Below, piece by piece: positions 59,359 through 64,000 of a DNA stretch of 64,000 nt. A model generated the notes under the pieces. It did not search any database. It was not told the origin of the DNA and was given only the letters and a program-made list of their open reading frames with translations. The stretch covers positions 21,702,001 to 21,766,000 of the forward strand of contig NC_087251.1 in assembly GCF_037042905.1 (NCBI RefSeq), read 5' to 3'. The stretch comes from Lytechinus pictus (Eukaryota). The translations under genes were made by a program, and so were the position numbers. Positions within the stretch are counted from its first letter, which is position 1, and the number at the start of each line of letters is the position of its first letter.

Positions 59359-60392
59359 AGATGGCCAAAATAGCGTTCTTGTGCGCTTATATATATATAT
59401 AAGCGTCATTTTTTGTAGCGAACTGCTTGTATTGTTCTATATATATACAAAGGGGGAAATTGTAGCGAAATAGTTCGCTATTTTCCGGATCTCCTCTATA
59501 TATATATGAGGGGGAATTATAGCGAACTAGTTTGCTATTTTTCGAATCTCCTCTACAAATATATGAGGGGGCATTGTAGCGAACTAGTTCGTTATTTTTC
59601 GAATCTCCTCTACATATACACGAGGGGGCATTGTAGCAAACTAGTTCGCTATTTTTCGGATCTCCTCTACATATACACGACGGGAAATTGTTGCAAACTA
59701 GTTCGCAATTTCTCATCTCCTCTCTATATATTATGTAGAGGATATCAGAAAAATTGCGAAATAGTTCGCTACAGTTTGCCACGTTGTATAATGTATAGAG
59801 AGGAGATGAGAAATTGCGAACTAGTTTGCAACAATTTTCCGTCGTGTATATGTAGAGGAGATCAGAAAAATTGCGAACTAGTTCGCTACAGTTTGACACG
59901 TATAATATATAGAGAGGAGATGAGAAATTGCGAACTAGTTCGTTCGCAATCTCGTGTATATGTAGAGGATATCAGAAAAATAGCGAACTAGTTCGCTACA
60001 GTGTGACACGTTGTATAATATATAGAGAGGAGATGAGAAATGACGAACTAGTTTGCAACAATTTCCCGTGGTGTACAGATTATGTAGAGGAGATCAGAAA
60101 AATAGCGAACTAGTTCGCTACAATGCCCCCTCGTATATATATAGAGGAGATCCGAAAAATAGCGAACTAGTTCGCTACAATTCCCCCTCGTATACTTATA
60201 TAGATCTAGAGGAGATCCTGAAAATAGCGAACTAGTTCGCTACAATTCCCCCCGTGTATATATAGAGGAGATCCGAAAAATTGCGAACTAGTTCGCTATA
60301 GTTTGACACGTATAATATAGACTAATACAAGGAGATGGCTACAAATTTTGACGCTTATATATAAGCATTGAAGATCGCTATATTTGCCATCT
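59359..60392. mobile_element. foldback element containing ~15 ~57-bp units with palindromic core TAGCGAACTAGTTCGCTA
   Basis: termini AGATGGC..AATAGCG..GCTTATATA..AAGCGTCA / TGACGCTTATATATAAGC..CGCTAT..GCCATCT; unit orientation flips near 59730. Confidence 0.85.
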
Positions 60393-61245
60393 ATAACCTA
60401 AGACAAGTTGTTGGGAATGCAAAAAGGGTGTCACGGAAATCACGTTGCCATGTATTTTGTAAATTGGTTAGTATACTAATACTAACCTTGCACTAGTGTG
60501 AGTGAAATTCGTACTTCATCACAGCATCTTGACCAAATTTATGGAGTAAGTCAACTTGTCAAGATATCATTTTGGATCTAGAACTATATAAATTAGTAGA
60601 TCATGTAGATCAATAGTAATATCAGGAACAAAAACTATACCATAAGCTTAGCACATTAAAGGAGAAATATATTGATTATAAACATACGGCCTTATTATAT
60701 ATCAATGGACAGGTAATGATGTGGGATTAAGATTAGGTCATTTGAAAATAACGAAAATAATACATAAGGTGGAAATCACCAATTGAAAAGGTTAAAATGC
60801 CTCTCCGAAATCACTCTAGGCACCATGCCCATTCTTTCCTGTGTTAAAAAAGTGAGTGCACGCGAATAAAAGTTGGACTTAAATAAATTACTAGATCTCA
60901 CCATGGAGCTCCATGATGAAATCTATTTTTAAATTAGACCCTAGATACTACTTATGGAGTATATTGCATGAATAGTACTCGCCTGGTCTTTTCTTGGGGT
61001 ATTGAAGCCTTTTTGTCCAGAACTTGCTCAACTTTTGCGACAAGCCTTGTCGTCATAGGGTTGTACACATCCTTGTTTAATACTGGTTGTCTTTCAGTCT
61101 TTCTTCCTTCCTCTTCTCTTATCCCATTTTTTTTCCCAGTGAAATCCACTGGGGGGGGGGAGGGCCAGCCTGCCCCCGCTGGTTTACGCCTCTGCCGTGG
61201 ATGTAAGCTGCACTCATGATCTTAATCTTCATTATGATTCCAACT

Positions 61246-61965
61246 AGGAGCGCATCCATGATTTTCCAAGGAAGGGGGGGGGGTGAATTTTCTCAAGTCA
61301 AATTTGACAACTCCCAAAAAAGGTTCTCACTAAAAAAAAACTGGTCAATTGTCTCGCGTAAAGTTTGACAAGTAAAAAAAAAAATGGTCACTCAAAATGA
61401 AAGTCATTTTGTCCGCGTAATATTTGGCAAGCCCCCCCCCAAAAAAAAAATGAAAAAAAAGGTTTTAACTATAATAATGATCAAAGGTTATTTTGTCTTG
61501 CGTAAATTTTGACAAATAAAAAAAAGGTTGTCACTAAAAAATGAAGGTCATTTTGTCCCACGTTAAATTTTGCAAGCCCCCCTCCCCCCAAAAATAAAAA
61601 AAAGAATAATGGTTTTAACTAATAATGATCGAAGGTCATTTTGTCTCGCGTAAAATTCGACAAATAAAAAAAATAATAATACATAATAATAATAAATAGA
61701 GGTATATTTACCCAGGGTAGCCACTTCAGTTCCGAAAACTGTTCTCCCAGCAGGCCCTGCTATTATTACCCCGGCTTTAGCTGGGCTAAAAATGAAGGTC
61801 ATTTTGTCCCACGTAAAATTTGGCAAGCCCCTCCCCCCCAAAAAAAAAATGGTTTTAAGAAAAAAGCTTATAACTAATAATGATCGAAGGTCATTTTGTC
61901 TCGTGTAAAATTTGACAATTAAAAAAAAAAAGGTTGTCACTAAGAAAGAAGGTTATTTTCTTCCA
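61246..61965. repeat. tandem TTTGACAA-(A)n-GGT..AAGGTCATTTTGTC units (expanded hAT-like MITE interior)
   Basis: GAAGGTCATTTTGTC(T/C)C..GTAAAATTTG repeated many times after a GGAGCGCATCC..GGGGGG end. Confidence 0.75.
61672..61786 (-). mobile_element. SINE 3' tail fragment inserted into the tandem array
   Basis: reverse complement of CCGGGGTAATAATAGCAGGGCC...GGCTACCCTGGGTAAATATACC plus (TTA)n. Confidence 0.8.
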
Positions 61966-62090
61966 TTTCATGATCGAACTACTCAGTGACAGTGTGGAGA
62001 AATCGCACGGGCACTGGCATTCGCAGTAGGTTTTGCTTGCAAGTGGAGCTTGATGTGGGAGAGCCAATCACGTCTCTTGGGTTTACTGAC

Positions 62091-62620
62091 GGATGGTCTA
62101 TTATCACTTGGTCTAATCATCAGATGGGCTAACAACATTTGGGCTAAACCCACTTAGTCCAATTCTCTTTTGGTCTAATGACCACTTGGTCTAATAGCCA
62201 ATTAGTCTAATGACCACTTGGTCTAATAGCCACTTGGTCTAATGACCACTTGGTCTAATAGCTACTTGGTCTAGTGCCCAGTTGGGCTAATCGTCACTTG
62301 GTCTAATTTTCATTTGGTCTAATTGCCATTTCGTCTAATGTATTTTATTGTCACTTGGTCTAATTGCATTTGGTCTAATACCAGTTCGTCTAATAGTCGG
62401 ATGGTCTAATACTAGTTGGTCTAATACCAGTTGGTCTAATCCCCACTTGGTCTATATTGCAGTTGGTCTAATGTGCAGTTGGTCTAATCCTCACTTGGTC
62501 CATTATTCAGTTGGTCTAATGTGCAGTTGGTCTAATTTCCATTTCGGCCAATTTCCACTTGGTCTAATTTGCAGATAGTCTAACATTCATTTCGTCTACA
62601 TGCCATTTGGTCTAATTTGT
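62091..62620 (+). repeat. ~16-bp minisatellite CA(C/G)TTGGTCTAAT
   Basis: ~30 tandem degenerate units; same motif as the arms at 3510-3891. Confidence 0.9.
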
Positions 62621-62937
62621 AAAGTCTGCATGGTGACTTGTTTTCAATTTTCTGGTGAAATTTTTAAAGTTACTTTCCAAGCGCCAGCTTCGAATCTTCA
62701 CACGCGCGCCCCTCGATATTGGAGGACAGTTAGAGTGACGTATATTTCGTCCCCAACTGAATTTTGAAAATATGGGGATTTATGAAAGCCTGTGGGGACG
62801 AAAAAAATATGGGGATTAAACAAACTTTGTTTTTTTTTGTCTGTTTCAGGGGATTTTTTAAGGTTTTGGTGAAAAACAATCACATTTACTCTATGTATAC
62901 GATCTACTGTAGATAGTTAACGCTGGCTTAACCCAAT

Positions 62938-63339
62938 TATGGTTCCCAACTTTTCAAGAAAACAAAAATCCCTGATTTATGTCTGATGAAGTTAAAAAAT
63001 TCACGAATTATTTAAATCCATTCCCAGTTTCTCATGTTTTCTAAGTTGTTGCAGTGAATTATATTAGTATTATTTTTTAGTTATGCATGTACGTCCAGTA
63101 GGCCTATACTTGTAGTAAAAGAGGCTACACTAAAAAAACACCATAACATGTCATTCAATGAATGCTGTTTTAATATACAACAAAATACAGTCAGACTGTC
63201 GTGACTGACTATCTTGCTTTCGACTTTTGGGCCGATCAAAATTCCCTGATTTTGCCCGGATTTGAGGCAATCCCTGACTGGAGAAACGTTTTAAAAAATC
63301 CCAGATTTCCTTGATTTCTCTGATGGGGTGGGAACCTTG
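62938..63339. mobile_element. probable hAT-like MITE remnant
   Basis: GGTTCCCA ... TGGGAACC inverted ends; repeated internal TCCCTGA. Confidence 0.5.
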
Positions 63340-63650
63340 CAAATCCATTTTAAGGAGGAGGCAAAGAAGTAGAACAAAAAACAGAATGAGAAGATATATA
63401 GATGAATGACTACTGTGGTGATAACTGATAAAGGTCTGCAAGCGTAGACTATACTGTGTTATTACACGTCAGAATGATGTGGCTGCTACAAAGATGGTCG
63501 CAGATAGACCTGTATAGGGTTATCAAACTATATCTAACTGGTCTGTTATTTGCCTCCAAACTAACTACTGAAATAACAAAACAAAATATTCATAACAAAA
63601 TTAAATGATCTAATGGCTTTGTAGTTTTGGAATCCCCCAAACTGCATATA

Positions 63651-64000
63651 CAGTGCGTATCAAAAAAAAGTTTACACTTTGAAAAAGCCCTGGGAATTAA
63701 CAAATATACAACATGTGGGTAATTTTTTCACATACAATCTTGGGTTTGGGTCTTATCTATCCAATGAAAGTAAAAGTTTTGACAGAATGTTACACTTGAG
63801 AGAGCACTGTCCGTTTTTGTAAAGCTCGCAGAAATCTGTTTGCGCAGAAATGCTTGTTTTATCGCTGTGTCAAGGGGAGAGGGCGAAATCAAACTTACCC
63901 TGCACAACATTTCTCATACATTTCCCTTGCACTTTTAGTCAACTGAAATAAAACGGATACATTCAAGCATTTTGTAATAATTTTGCCACCCAAATTGACA
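63651..64000 (+). mobile_element. Tc1/mariner-type non-autonomous element, second copy (truncated by window end)
   Basis: TA | CAGTGCGTATCAAAAAAAAGTTTACACTTTG...; collinear with 2410-2760. Confidence 0.9.

Noticed and set aside
59387..60235. repetitive Cys-rich ORFs (CELVR/SELVR repeats) on both strands
   Set aside because: Product of the ~57-bp palindromic unit being near a multiple of three; frames break where unit length varies.
59460..60300. CRISPR-like array of regularly spaced palindromic repeats
   Set aside because: The spacers are homologous to each other rather than unique, the array inverts mid-way, the context is eukaryotic and there are no cas genes.

Overview
AT-rich, repeat-dense animal genomic DNA. 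The repeat families and intron style suggest an invertebrate deuterostome such as a sea urchin (inference). Positions 1-45368 (minus strand) carry the 5' part of a multi-exon Ral GTPase-activating protein alpha subunit gene (RALGAPA1/2 orthologue). I traced 24 coding exons with GT/AG boundaries in consistent phase, about 1,320 codons. The C-terminal GAP domain lies beyond the left edge. The introns and the ~18.6 kb upstream region are a patchwork of non-autonomous DNA transposons (TA-, TTAA-, 3-, 4-, 7- and 8-bp target duplications), Helentron-associated (HINE/DINE-1-like) elements with internal tandem arrays, tRNA-derived SINEs, L2/CR1-group and L1/Tx1 LINE fragments, foldback minisatellite elements and microsatellites, many of them nested. 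The most striking unexplained signal is about 40 copies of the palindrome TACATGTA in the 5' introns (27.5-42.6 kb), with none seen upstream of the gene. Some are visibly inserted at TA sites inside repeat units, consistent with dense Tc1/mariner-type excision footprints. Other points of interest are a foldback element built from ~15 regularly spaced palindromic cores, SINEs that appear to have exchanged LINE-derived tails, a cluster of symmetric phase-1 exons in the RalGAPalpha linker, and upstream ORFs at the start codon. All coordinates and counts were read by eye.
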